A stretch of DNA of 63,967 nucleotides, filler included, from Octopus bimaculoides (Eukaryota): the NCBI RefSeq assembly GCF_001194135.2. It is 4 parts of 4 records of this genome, joined end to end, with 100 filler letters (N's around TTAATTAATTAA, not from the genome) between each part and the next. Parts side by side here need not be neighbours in the genome. Positions count along the whole stretch, not along the records: positions 1 to 31,600 come from NC_069005.1; 3 more parts are not named here. One strand, written 5' to 3'. Below are positions 1-12,987 of the stretch, one piece after another. The stretch's first letter is position 1; the number at the start of each line of letters is the position of its first letter. Below the pieces are notes generated by a model, which had not been told where the DNA came from, ran no database searches, and saw only the letters and a program-made list of their open reading frames with translations. The position numbers and the translations under genes are program-made.

Positions 1-2113
1 AAAAATAACAAAAAGAAGTCTAAAGGTTTTGCTTCCTGAGAAAGACTATGGGTAGACCCTGTCTCCACAGAAAAATTGTTACTAAAAATATTTTAAAAAT
101 CTTTACTCCATTCTGGTGTAAAATCATCCTCGTCATCGCCGTCGCTGCTTTCAGTTTAGGATACAGAAATATCTGATTCATTATCGTTCACCACGTGCTT
201 TTGTAGCTCATTCATTCTTTTCTTCGATATCTCCATATCTTCAGTTGAAAAACCTTCAGATTTGGAATCACTGCTTGATAGCATGAAACTCCTCTCCATC
301 TCCAAAGTTGAAAAAAATCTTCCAAAATTCACTGAGTTCAAATATGACGCCAAACAATGTCGGATACAATAACTCAACTGTTTGCAAAGTGAAATCACAT
401 GTTTTAACGAATGTACTAACGAGATTTGGGTTCAAATTTACATTTAAATAACAATGGGTACTCTCGGCCGGCTTGGTCTTATGAACCAAAACATATGTAG
501 TAACGCTGTGCGCATGCGTAGTCTCATGCATGCGTGGAATTCAACAACCAAGCTTTCCCGCTTTGATCGCTCTCTTTTTTGCTGGCCAGCGATTGAGCAA
601 GGACGTGTCTAGCTGTCTCTCCATCTTTCGAACTCACGCTAGACAGCTCACATCAATATACCAACGTCCCAACAACCAATGTTCTCACACACCGAAGACA
701 TCACAACAAACAAGATTAAAGATGTATATTTTCCACTATGAATAAATATTGTTTGTGTTGATAGTCTGGAGTTCAGTGTTCCGTTCAATTCCTAATTTAA
801 TATAGGAAAGTCAAGTGTACATCTAATGATGTATAACCCACTTTCCTATAAAGTGGTGACCCCAACGTGATTCAGACACGCAGCCCGCTGAGCTATTTAA
901 CGCATTCCTATAAAGTGGTGACCTCGACTAAGAAACAAACGCGGCCATGGATTCTGGACTACCAACCTATAACTGGTGACCCCGACTAAAGAACAAATGC
1001 GGCCATGGAGACTGAACTACCAAGCAACGATGACCACCAACGTCACCAACATCTCCAACCATAGTCAACACGACTTACTATGTACACCGAACTAAACCAC
1101 CGCGGCAAATCTCTCTCTTCGATTCTGTTAGGTGACTTAGCTTCACCACAATAATAAACAGNNNNNNNNNNGTTAAAAAAATTTTCTTCAAGGTTTTCGC
1201 TAATGGTCGTACAGAGATTTGTCTGTCGACCGTCTGTAAAAGCGCACCTCTTCAAACACCATCATCACCAAGCAGCCTTTTTGCCACCAGCTTCGTTCAA
1301 CCAAGATTACCACCGCGACGACAACAACTACTACTACCAACTACAAGCATTCCCCCGACGTCGCCAACAGTTTCAACAGGACATCATTACCACCGTCAAC
1401 ATCATTACAACCACACATACAGAACACAGCTATATTACAGTTCCTGAGCCGACGTCTTCTCCACCAATGTACTATCTACCACAATGTCGTGCGCCAACAA
1501 CCCCACCACCAGGGACACACCATATTGCATGTTTTTCTTTCATTCTTTCAATTTGTACATTGCATGCATGTATCACACAAGTGTACATTTCATTTCTTTC
1601 ATTTTCTTTGTGTGTGTTTGTGCTACATCTTGTGGGTGGTTTTCAGTGGCCATCCTGCCTCAGGCGTTCCAACAAAAAAATAATATTATCGTGCGTTCCA
1701 CACTGGTGAGGGGAGCCCTGTAGTAACGCTGTGCGCATGCGTAGTCTCACGCATGCGTGGAATTCAACAACCAAGCTTTCCCGCTTTGATCGCTCTCTTT
1801 CTTGCTGGCCAGCGATTGAGCAAGGACGTGTCTAGCTGTCTCTCCATCTTTCGAACTCACGCTAGACAGCTCACATCAATATACCAACGTCCCAACAACC
1901 AATGTTCTCACACACCGAAGACGTCACAACAAACAAGATTAAAGATGTATATTTTCCACCATGAATAAATATTGTCTGTGTTGATAGTCTGGAGTTCAGC
2001 GTTCAGTTCAATTCCTAATTTAATATAGGAAAGTCAGGTGTACATCTAATGATGTATAACCCACTTTCCTATACATTTTTCGGCCGGCTAAAGCTGGCTT
2101 AGTAACGAAAGGG
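1..2113 (-). mobile_element. piggyBac-like DNA transposon, 5' end (degenerate), interrupted by an LTR element
   Basis: Terminus TTAA|CCCTTTCGTTAC at 2117-2102 on the minus strand. Bases 1-300 encode an acidic N-terminus and ...EWSKDF*...ETGSTHSLSQEAKPLDFFLLF, typical of piggyBac/PGBD transposase N-termini. Confidence 0.7.
496..2075 (+). mobile_element. Gypsy-type LTR retroelement (internally deleted or collapsed at a 10-N gap)
   Basis: Two 357-bp LTRs (496-852, 1719-2075; TGTAG...TATACA; about 9 substitutions). tRNA-Trp PBS at 854, purine tract ggtgaggggag before the 3' LTR, frameshifted integrase tail NGRTEI..VDRL..AHL near 1200-1250. No TSD seen. Confidence 0.85.
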
Positions 2114-2249
2114 TTAACCATGCATAATTATACAATACTTGTATGATTTAGCACAATTAATTATTTATGTGTTATGCGATTCTAAGTGGACTAATCACCA
2201 TTAAACTTTTACTATACAAATAACTTTATCTTCATCTTAGTCTTATATA

Positions 2250-2476
2250 CAGGGTTGGCCCTAAATCACTTGACAGTACATCAAAATTCCATAAATACCA
2301 TCTGTAATTCTGTATTGACTCGAATGGAAAAATGTGTCGCTCAAGGATTTCAGTTTGAACAATTTTGATGTTTCATATTTAGATGCTTTTATTAAATTCA
2401 TTCAGTTGTTAAACACAAATAAGTCTTGAAATTTAATGGTTTTGATTTACTGTCAAGTGACTTTTGGCCAACCCTG
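2250..2476. mobile_element. Tc1/mariner-type MITE
   Basis: TIRs cagggttggccctaaatcacttgacagta / tactgtcaagtgacttttggccaaccctg, flanked by TA. Confidence 0.85.
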
Positions 2477-3539
2477 TATATAATGTATGCATGTCTGTGT
2501 GTATGCATGTTTTTGTGAGATTTGTATTTTCTCCTTGTCCTTAAGTGTGTTCATGAGCTGTAAACAAATAACAACCTCACTATTTATACAGGTGTTTTAT
2601 ACATGCAGTCAGTCACAATGTTATGTCTGGGCTTCTCAACATGTCTTAATATGTTGATGATCTTTGTAAACACAAAGGCTCATAATTATGCCTGGGCTGC
2701 TCATTGCTCAATAAGACAAGGGGATTATTACCTTGCTTGGAGACAGGTGAGGGTTGGCAATAGAAAGGACATCTGGCCATAGAAAAATATCATCCTCAAT
2801 GAATTCCATCTCACCCAAGGTGGCATGAAAAAGGGCATCATGACATCATGTGGTAATTGTACAGAGTATCACAGTTGTACATGCGATGTTGTTCACTTCT
2901 AGTTTTCTGTTAAAAACATGTCTAACTTTGGGTGAAATATTACCTTGCTTAGAAACTCATGGGAGTTGGTGACATGAACAGAATACAGATATAGAAAAAC
3001 TGCCTCAACAAATTCTGCTCAACCCTGCAAACATAGCAAAGTGGATGTTGAAACAATGATGATGATGACGAAGATACATATAATATATATCCTCATAAAC
3101 ACATATACATAATGGTTAGTCCATAAAGGGCCAGTTTCCCAGTTTCTCTGGCATATATATATATATTCCTCCTTGGATGGGACACTGGTCCATCACAGAA
3201 TTACTCATCCTTACCAGTTGTATAGATTGGAGCAACATGAAATGAAGCATTTTGCCTGAACCAGGAATTGAAACCACAATCTTATGATCATGAGTTCATC
3301 ACCCTAACAACTAAGCCATGTGCCTCCACACATATAAATAATATGCACACATATATAAATGCACACACAAATCAATTTAAAAAATAAAACAGGTGGAAAT
3401 GTACCAAAGTGTATTAAAAATGAATCTTGTTTTTTATAGGAAAATCTGACATTCATACAGATGGTCTGTGCATGTGTGTGCACATATACACACACTCAAA
3501 ACACACATATTCAGATATGATTTACAAATATTGACTTAC

Positions 3540-3647
3540 CGTATCAGGGAGTGGAGGAGTATTCAAGTTTTGAAGTATATTTCTTGAATATTTCAGATTG
3601 ATTTCTTTGCTAGATGGTTCATAATCAAGACTGATCAGCTTTAGAGC
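3540..3647 (-). CDS. POLRMT: POLRMT coding exon 7 (gene continues off the left edge)
   Basis: Acceptor atctattacAG, donor GTAAGT, 108 nt, phase 0-0. Reads ALKLISLDYEPSSKEINLKYSRNILQNLNTPPLPDT. No further exon found in 1-3539. Confidence 0.82.
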
Positions 3648-3685
3648 CTGTAATAGATATTTATTAAACATTACACACACACATA

Positions 3686-3960
3686 TACCGGGGTTGGACA
3701 AAATAATGGAAACACCTAGCATCATAATTTTGAAATATCTATAAAACCGTCAAAAGCTTGTTTGTTTCTATGTTTTCTGAGTTATTATGACAATGTCATA
3801 TCTGCTGTCAATGACTTTTTTCACCAACAGGATGAAAGTTTCTTCACCAATGAGATCTGAGTACTGAAACACTGATGGAAGAAATGTGTGGATCACAAGA
3901 GGGACTATGTTGAAAAATAAACCTCATTTGGCCACATTTCATGAGTATTTGGTCAACACA
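3686..3960. mobile_element. Tc1-like fragment
   Basis: Begins taccggggttggacaaaataatggaaacacc, a Tc1-type TIR. Opposite end not found. Confidence 0.4.
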
Positions 3961-4138
3961 CTAACTTTTCAACTGACTTTAGTATAACAATATTCATGAG
4001 GTTGAATTCAGATGAAACAAGTACCAATTCATGTAAAANNNNNNNNNNATATATATATATATATATATATAAATATGTATGTTTACACACACATACATAC
4101 AGGGATATACACACACACACAATATATATATGTCTCAC

Positions 4139-4207
4139 CTTTAACACATATTGTCTTTCATCTCTCCTGAATGTACAACTGTTAAATATCTGTGATGCAC
4201 AGTAACC
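4139..4207 (-). CDS. POLRMT: POLRMT coding exon 6
   Basis: Acceptor ttccatttttcAG, donor GTGAGA, 69 nt, phase 0-0. GYCASQIFNSCTFRRDERQYVLK resembles human LFTAVLLSEEDRATVLK. Confidence 0.85.
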
Positions 4208-5176
4208 CTGAAAAATGGAAAGTAGTACTAGTAGTGGAAGAGGTAGGAGAGCATAAGGTAGAAATGTGAGACAGAGAAAAAAAATGAGGAGGGAGAGGCA
4301 TAAAAGACAGGGAGAATGTATGAGAGTGACAGAGAGAGAGGAAGTAAGAGAGAAAGACAGTGAGAGAATATTATGGTTCAATTAAGCCTATTCTGCAATA
4401 TCATTTAAATTCTCAGTCAGTTATTTTACTGCCACTTCTTGTATTCTGAGTTTTTGACTTGTTCAACAACTCAAGAGTACAGGGTGTTCTACCTAGTTAA
4501 GTTACACTTGGTACTCTACAGGTAAATAGAATCTTTTCTTGCTCAATGAATAACCCAGTAAGGATCTGATATATTTCTTTCCTCACATGTTCTATTTCTG
4601 TTGTTCACCCTCAGACACAGTGTATTTCCAACTACATTATCTGTGGCCTGTCTTTTATTTAGACATTGTATACTTTAAGACTACATTATTTAATGTATTT
4701 ATATTCAAGCATAGTTACTTAGGACTACATTATCTATGTCCTGTCTTTATTTAGACATAGTCTACTATGACTATATTATTTATATAGTTTGGCCAGTAGG
4801 TGGCTTTAGTTTAGCCACATAAAAAGCACCAAACCCCCTCTGTAAAGTGGTTGTCATTAGGAAAGGCATCCAGCCATAAAAACCATACCAAAACAGACCT
4901 TGCCAGTGCTGGTGCCACATGAAAAGCACTCGACCCACTCTGTAACATGATCAGCACTAAAAAGGGCAACCAGTCATAAAAACTATGCTAAACAGACCTT
5001 GCTAGTGCTGGTACCATGTAAAAAGCACCCAGTCCACTCTGTAATGTGGTTGGCATTATGAAGAGCATCCAGCTGTAAAAACCATGCCAAAACAGACAGT
5101 GGAGCTTTGGTGCAGTCTTCTGGCTTGCCAGCTCCAATCAAACCATCCAACCTATACCAGTATAGAAGATGGACAC

Positions 5177-5217
<41 letters not shown>

Positions 5218-5312
5218 AGCCTTAGTGTAGCTGTCAAGTGGCCTTTAGTAGTCAACAAGTAGTATTAGTTTAGATATCAAGTGGTCTTGACAAGTGATGT
5301 GAAGCTACCTAC

Positions 5313-5468
5313 ATCTCTCTTTAAATCCTGAAGAATATGTTGACCAAGCTGAAGATCTGGAGAATCTTTCCTGCCAAAGCATTCAAGACAAGCAGCATAA
5401 CACTGCAGGGTTGGTTTTAAATGGATCTTCATCATCTTAAAGAGGTCCTGGATGGAATCAAAATTTCC
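5313..5468 (-). CDS. POLRMT: POLRMT coding exon 5 (PPR region)
   Basis: Acceptor caacttttacAG, donor GTAGGT, 156 nt. GNFDSIQDLFKMMKIHLKPTLQCYAACLECFGRKDSPDLQLGQHILQDLKRD resembles human GAFKELVYVLFMVKDAGLTPDLLSYAAALQCMGRQD. Confidence 0.92.
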
Positions 5469-6584
5469 CTGTAAAAGTTGAGAAATAAACAAGCAAAGAA
5501 ACTATAGAAAATAAAACAAAAACTGCAACCATCAACAAACTACAATATCTCATCTTCAATATGTTGTTGAAACAACATTATGATTGATATTCTATCTTTC
5601 AATATTACTGAGTAAAGTCAAGAACATTTCAGATTATTTTTCTCATCTTGGATATGTTGTTGAAGCAATGTTTCAATTTATATTCTCCTTCTTTAATTGC
5701 TTTCAGAATATATTTCTGAAAAGAGAAAAAATTTAGGCCAGTAGTTAGAACAGCAAACCTGATTATTAAAATATAACTTCCAAATCCAATCCTTGGCCTA
5801 ATTCAGAAATATATTCTGAAAACAATAAAAGATTCTTCTGATTCTGTTAATCAACTGAGAAAATGTACTATCCCAAAAGAGCAACACAGCGCTGCTATTT
5901 TGAAGTAGTCAAGTAATCGGACTTCAGTATATTTTCTCAGTTGATTGACAGAATCAGCTGAGCATCAGACGAAATATTTTGCAGTAATTAGTTTCAGCAT
6001 TTTAATTTATAAGTATAGATATGGCTGTCTGGTTAAAAAGGTTGCTTCCCAACCAGAAAGCCAGATTGGGTTCAGTCCTATTGCATGATGCCTTGGTTAA
6101 TTATCCTCTGCTATAGCCTTGGACCAATCAAAGTTTTGTGTGTGAATTCAGTATAGGGAAGCAAAAAGAAGCCTGTCATATGTGTATATGCACGTCTGTG
6201 TTTGTGTGCGTGTTTATGTGTACCCTAATCGTGTGATGACTGTAACTGAATATCAGCATTATACAAGCAATGATGGTCATTTCCTATCTTCCATGATGAA
6301 ATATTACCTTGCTTGGAAACAGGTGAGGGTTGCTGACAGGAAGCGCATCCAGCTACAGAAAATATGTTACAACAAATTCCATATGACCTATGCAAATATG
6401 GAAAGGTGGATATTAAAACAATGATGATAAAATCCTGCCATGGTCAACTTGATTATACTCCAAAGAGAGCAAAAGACTGAAATAAATAATTCTATCCAGC
6501 AAGATAATTGATATACATACATATATATATAATCAAACAAACTTCAACGAAGCTGGTGTTGTTCTGCATAATAAGAGTACAGTG

Positions 6585-7395
6585 AACTTGCTCTGAAGAG
6601 TTGAAAACCCAGCATTTTGCACACAGGTCTTCTTCAGGCAAAAAGTTGAGAGAGAAATTAATGAGCAAAAACAGTTTTACAAAATTGGCTACAACTGATA
6701 CAGAACTTAAGACCACATGAACTTCATATGTGAACAAGAAGTGGTAGGAGAAACAGTGTCAAAAATAAAAAGTAAGAGAATGAGGTGGAGCAAGAAAAGT
6801 CTAGAATGAAATGCAAGCTTAGTGGTGCCCTTTACATTGGGGAGACAGACCAATGCCTAGCTAATCACTTATGGGAATATATTCAAAGCATACTATGTAT
6901 GCCTGGCCAACCTGTTACCACTAATTTCAACACAACAGGCCATTCCATCATTCACCTATCAGTGTGCAGTAATGCTGCACACTATGAAACCACATTCTCA
7001 AAGAAATAGAGGAAGCATGTCATATTTAAACTTGGTACCATGTCACCAACATGCTTAAATGAACATTTTTCCTTCTACTTCTACACCTGTTAATTCTTAT
7101 AACCATTTCTTATCTTTCAATTCCCCTCTCACCTCAGCTTTTCCCTTCACCTCACTCTCAACTTTGCATGTTTCTCCTCAGTTTATTGTTCTTTTCTTCT
7201 TTCTATTTCTCCTACCATTTCTTATTTATGTATGAAGTTCATATGGTCCTGCATTCCATATTAGTTGCAGCCAGTTTTTTTCTTTTTCAACTTAGAGGAT
7301 GTAAAACTCTGGTGTCTCTTAATTTCTCTCCTTCCAACTTTTCTCCTGAAGAAGGACTGTGTTCAAAACACTGGATTTTCCACTCCTCACAACAA
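6585..7395 (+). mobile_element. Penelope-like element 3' fragment (GIY-YIG) with inverted terminal segments
   Basis: 6785-7090 encodes CKLSGALYIGETDQCLANHLWE (YIG motif). 6585-6740 is an inverted diverged copy of 7220-7395. Confidence 0.7.
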
Positions 7396-7435
7396 AGTTT
7401 TTTGTACTTTTTTTATCAATTTTTTTATTACACTA

Positions 7436-7579
7436 TACATACATATATACGTACATATGTATGTATGTATGTATGTATGTATGCATATATGTATGCATGT
7501 ATGCATATATGTATGCATGTATGTATGCATGTATGTATGTATGCATATATGTATGCATGTATGTATATATGTATGCATG

Positions 7580-7622
<43 letters not shown>
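7436..7622. repeat. (TATG)n/(TA)n microsatellite
   Basis: Direct inspection. Confidence 0.95.
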
Positions 7623-7625
<3 letters not shown>

Positions 7626-8856
7626 CCCCCATCACCATCAATATTATTTAATGTCCACTTTTCCACGCTTGCATGGATTGGATAGAGTTTATCTGAGACA
7701 GATTTTCTATGGCTTGATGCCCTTCCTGTTGCCAACCCTTACCTGTTTCCAAGCAAAGTAATATTTCCCTATGGCCAGATATGTTCACACAGAATATTGG
7801 AAGCAAATGCCACTGCATGACAGTAACATCTTTTACAACTGTGACATGATGGCAAGACACATACACACACATATATATGTTATGGGCTTTCAGTTTATTC
7901 ACCAAATCTACTAACAAGGCATTGGTTGGCCCAAGACTATAGTAGAAGACAATTGTTTGAAGACTGAACCCAGAACTATGTGGTTGGGAATTAAACTTCT
8001 TACTAAAGATCCACACCCAGACCTGTTTGTGTGTGTGTGCGTGTCTGCACATATATATTATAACAACAAGAACAAGAGTGGAGAAAATCACATCCTTAAT
8101 TGGTAATTACACCATACAATACCGATAATCGTTTCTGTTGTGTTAACATATTTAGACACAAAAAATATCAGTCAAATTAATATATCTGAAAATATATGTT
8201 AACACAATGTTATCAAGGCAATCCAAAATTGGTTAGATTCAAAGTAAACTACGAAAATATCTCTAGTAGACAAATGCATACAAAAAAAAAACCAGAAGAA
8301 ATATAACGTTCTTAGAGAAGCCAGTTTAGTATTTAACTTTTGATGATGTTAGTGGACAGCGAGAGATAAGCACATGAATTGTATGTTATAACAATTAGAA
8401 ATATAGAAATTCTACATCACAACAATTAGTTATCTGTCTAATAAATATGCTAAACATTTTAAGAAAAATTATGCATATTATATGAAAAGCAATGGGCTAT
8501 TTAGAATTGAAATATTGAAAGGTTTTTCTATATTTGTGAGAACATTTCAATGTAAAACTACCTTTATAATTTAATGTTATTAATTTAGAAGTAATTTTAT
8601 AATACATTTCCTCAAGGTAAAGATCACATTTAGAATTGCCAATATTCTATGATGGTGCATAACTAATAAGGGACCACTTTAAATCATACTTAACGTTTGT
8701 ATCTTTTAAATCACAAATGCATTAATTCAGATTCATAGAATTACATTTTCTTTTATACTTGAATGAATAAGAATAGCTATGAAATCTAGATTTCCAAATT
8801 GTAGCAGATGAACCTATATAATATTTACAATCCTTTGTTATTACCTTACATTGATA

Positions 8857-10412
8857 ATGGTTAGTGAGAGCTGTGTGAGCCATGTACAGAGATGCTGCCA
8901 GTAAGGTGAGGGTTGGAAATGAGTACAGCAATGAATTCCGGGTAGAGGTAGGGGTCCACCAAGGTTCCGTCCTCAGCCCCCTCTTATTTATCATAGTCCT
9001 CCAGGCAATCACAGAGGAGTTCAAGACAGGTTGCCCCTGGGAGCTCCTCTATGCTGATGACCTTGCCCTAATTGCGCAGTCACTATCAGAACTAGAGGAG
9101 AAGTTTCAGGTGTGGAAGCAAGGTCTAGAATTGAAGGGCCTTAGAGTCAACCTAGCTAAAACCAAAATCCTAATAAGTAGGAAGGTAGATAAAACACAAA
9201 CCCCTTCAGGTAGATGGCCCTGCTCAGTNNNNNNNNNNNNNNNNNNNNNNNNNNNNNNNNNNNNNNNNNNNNNNNNNNNNNNNNNNNNNNNNNNNNNNNN
9301 NNNNNNNNNNNNNNNNNNNNNNNNNNNNNNNNNNNNNNNNNNNNNNNNNNNNNNNNNNNNNNNNNNNNNNNNNNNNNNNNNNNNNNNNNNNNNNNNNNNN
9401 NNNNNNNNNNNNNNNNNNNNNNNNNNNNNNNNNNNNNNNNNNNNNNNNNNNNNNNNNNNNNNNNNNNNNNNNNNNNNNNNNNNNNNNNNNNNNNNNNNNN
9501 NNNNNNNNNNNNNNNNNNNNNNNNNNNNNNNNNNNNNNNNNNNNNNNNNNNNNNNNNNNNNNNNNNNNNNNNNNNNNNNNNNNNNNNNNNNNNNNNNNNN
9601 NNNNNNNNNNNNNNNNNNNNNNNNNNNNNNNNNNNNNNNNNNNNNNNNNNNNNNNNNNNNNNNNNNNNNNNNNNNNNNNNNNNNNNNNNNNNNNNNNNNN
9701 NNNNNNNNNNNNNNNNNNNNNNNNNNNNNNNNNNNNNNNNNNNNNNNNNNNNNNNNNNNNNNNNNNNNNNNNNNNNNNNNNNNNNNNNNNNNNNNNNNNN
9801 NNNNNNNNNNNNNNNNNNNNNNNNNNNNNNNNNNNNNNNNNNNNNNNNNNNNNNNNNNNNNNNNNNNNNNNNNNNNNNNNNNNNNNNNNNNNNNNNNNNN
9901 NNNNNNNNNNNNNNNNNNNNNNNNNNNNNNNNNNNNNNNNNNNNNNNNNNNNNNNNNNNNNNNNNNNNNNNNNNNNNNNNNNNNNNNNNNNNNNNNNNNN
10001 NNNNNNNNNNNNNNNNNNNNNNNNNNNNNNNNNNNNNNNNNNNNNNNNNNNNNNNNNNNNNNNNNNNNNNNNNNNNNNNNNNNNNNNNNNNNNNNNNNNN
10101 NNNNNNNNNNNNNNNNNNNNNNNNNNNNNNNNNNNNNNNNNNNNNNNNNNNNNNNNNNNNNNNNNNNNNNNNNNNNNNNNNNNATAAAAGACACCATTTC
10201 GAGCGTGGCCGTTTTCGTGCGGGTGACACGTAAAAGCACCCACTACACTCTCTGAGTGGTTGGCGTTAGGAAGGGCATCCAGCTGTAGAAACTCTGCCAA
10301 ATCAGATTGGAGCCTGGTGTTGCCATCCGGTTTCACCAGTCCTCAGTCAAATCGTCCAACCCATGCTAGCATGGAAAGCGGACGTTAAACGATGATGATG
10401 ATGATGATGATG
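8857..10412 (+). mobile_element. 5'-truncated RTE-clade LINE with 7-bp TSD
   Basis: RT motifs GVHQGSVLSPLLF and ELLYADDLAL, (GAT)n tail, TSD ATTGATA at 8850-8856 and 10413-10419. Middle is an N gap. Confidence 0.9.
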
Positions 10413-10984
10413 ATTGATACACTAAATTTTTCCTTAAACACTGATTTTCTAAAGGAAAATTTTGTTTTTACAATTACAAACTCTCAGAAGTAGGCGTTAA
10501 GGCCAGATTATTATCAGTATTATAATTAATATCAAAACTAGGTGTTACCTTGACTGTATTATCAGAGTTGGAATTACTCTTTCATAAAGTATCAAAAGCT
10601 AGTTCAGAGAAATCATCATTAGAGTTAATTCTACAATTCACAATATTGGTTCTACTCGTATCTACAGATTTTGAGTCAAAATACTGCCTATTTCTTCTTT
10701 TGTTATGTGCTGCTACAATTTCAGCCAAATTTCAGGTGGTTCGATATGAAAATTTTATACTAAGACAATTAAATAATTTCCCATACTTACTTGAAGGTAG
10801 GAAATATTTATCAAATGCAGTAAAGAATTTCCAAAGATTATTGGTAGCTAAGTGAATGGTGCATTATACTAGATAATATTCCTTGATTTAGTCTTACTAT
10901 TATTTATATATACATTTTTCTTTATAGTAAGATTATTAATATTAGATCTTCTGCTACTGTAATTTTTATTCTTAAAGTTATACA

Positions 10985-12722
10985 TATCATCATAATCATC
11001 ATCATTGTTTAACATCCGCTTTGACTGAGGGCTGATGAACCAGAATGCTGCACCAATTTCCAATCTGATCAGGCAAAGTTCCTACAGCTGGATGCCCTTC
11101 CTAATGCCAACCACTCAGAGAATGTAGTGGGTCCTTTTATGTGTCACCAGTACGAGGGCGAGTCAGGTGGTACTGGCATCGGCCATGATCAAATGGTGCT
11201 TTTTATGCACCAGCTGCACAGGAGCCAGTCCAGCGACACTGGCAACGACCACGCTCAAATGGGGCTTCTTTACGTGCCACCAGCACAGGAGCCAGTCAGT
11301 GGCCCTGGCAATGATCACGCTCAAATGTTGCTTTTAATGTTCCACTGGCACGGGTGCCAATCAAGCGGTACTGTCATCAGCCATGACAGCAATTTCACTT
11401 GCCTTAACAGGTCTTCACAAGCATAGTTTATTGTTCCATGATTGAAGGGTACTCTTAAATGGGCTGGTTATACAGCACTGGCATAGGCCACAGTTATAGT
11501 CTAACTTGGCTTGCTAGGTCTTCTCAATCACAGCATATTTACAAAGGTCTCGGTCACTTGTTATTGCCTCGGTGAGGCCTAATGTTCGAAGGTCGTGCTT
11601 TACCACCTCACCCCAGGTCTTCCTGGATCTACCTCTTCCGCAGGTTCCTTCAACTGCTAGGGTATGACACTTTTACACACAGCTGTCCTCATCCATTTGC
11701 AACACATGACCATACCAGTGCAGTTGTCACTCTTGCACACCACATCTGATGCTTCTTAAGTCCAACTTTTCTCTCAGGGTGCTTAGACTCTGTTGTGTAT
11801 GCACATTGACATTACAAATCCAGCGGAGTATACTGGCTTCATTCCTTGCAAGTTTACGCATGTTCTCAGCAGTCACAGCCCATGTTTCACTGCCATGTAG
11901 CATAGCTGTTCGCACACATGCATCATACAGTTTAACTTTTACTCTGAGCGAGAGGCCCCTTCCTTGTCACCAGCAGAGGTAAGAGCTCTCTGAACTTTGC
12001 CCAGGCTAGCAGCTACACTTTTGGAGCATCCACCCCCTGCTACTGACTTGGTCACCTAGGTAACAGAAGCCATCAACGACATGTAGTTTTTCCCCCAGAA
12101 TGTGATGGAAGCTGTTCTCTGCATGTTTTCAGTGTTTATTGCTCCAGAGCATTTTCCACACACGAAAACTATCTTCCCAGTTAGCCTTCCTTTGATATTG
12201 CTGCACCTCTTATGTGTCCATAGCTTACACTGGGTACATCTTATGGAGTTTCTACTTACACCTTTTCTACAAATTGAGCAGGGGCATCTACCTGAAGGGA
12301 TTTGTGGTTTGTCTGCCTTCCTACTAACTAAGACTTTGGTTTTTGCTAGGTTGATTCTAAGGCCCTTCAATTCTAATCCTTGCTTCCACACCTGAAACTT
12401 TTCCTCTAGTTCTGATAGTGACTCAGCAATTAGAGCAAGGTCGTCAGCATAGAGGAGCTCCCTAGGGCATCCTGTCTTGAATTCCTCTGTTATTCCCTGG
12501 AGGACTATAAGAGGGGGTTGAGGACTGATCCTTAGTGGACCCCTACCCCTACCCGGAATTCTTCACTGTACTCATCATCAAGCCTCAATTTACTGACAGC
12601 ATCCCTGTACATAGCTTGTACAACTCTCACTAACCATTCATCTATCCCTAGCTTCTTCATTGACCACCAGATAAGGGATCAGGGGACCCTGTCAAAAGCT
12701 TTCTCCATGTCAACGAAAGCCA
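10985..12722 (-). mobile_element. 5'-truncated RTE-clade LINE (same family as 8857-10412)
   Basis: Frameshifted RT: AFVDMEKAFDR, PRELLYADDLAL, WKQGLELKGLRINLAKTK, RTAMLHGSETW. 3' UTR tandem repeats and (CAT)n tail. Confidence 0.9.
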
Positions 12723-12746
12723 GAGAGACTAATTATTATTATTATT

Positions 12747-12955
12747 AAGGCAGCAAGCTTGCAGAATCGTTAACACACCAGATGAAATGATAAGTGGTAT
12801 TTTGTACGTCTTCATGTTCTGAGTTCAAATTCTGCTGATGTCGACTTTGCCTTTCATCTTTTCAAGCACGATAAAATAAGTACCAGTTGAGTACCAGGGT
12901 TGATGTAATTGACTATCCACTCTCCACAAAATTTCAGGCCTTGGGCCTATAGTAG

Positions 12956-12987
<32 letters not shown>

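Noticed and set aside
530-1968. Twin 71-aa ORFs (530-745, 1753-1968) and the His/Thr-rich ORF 1203-1709
   Set aside because: The twins are the two LTRs; the other is low-complexity sequence between the integrase remnant and the PPT, with no recognisable domain.
7168-7761. YVCM/YI/HT-rich ORFs
   Set aside because: Translations of (TATG)n, (TA)n and (CA)n microsatellites.
9106-10336. Long ORFs spanning N gaps (also 56198-57166, 57527-58131, 58968-60101, 61728-62623)
   Set aside because: Open only because Ns translate as X; the flanks are microsatellites or repeats.
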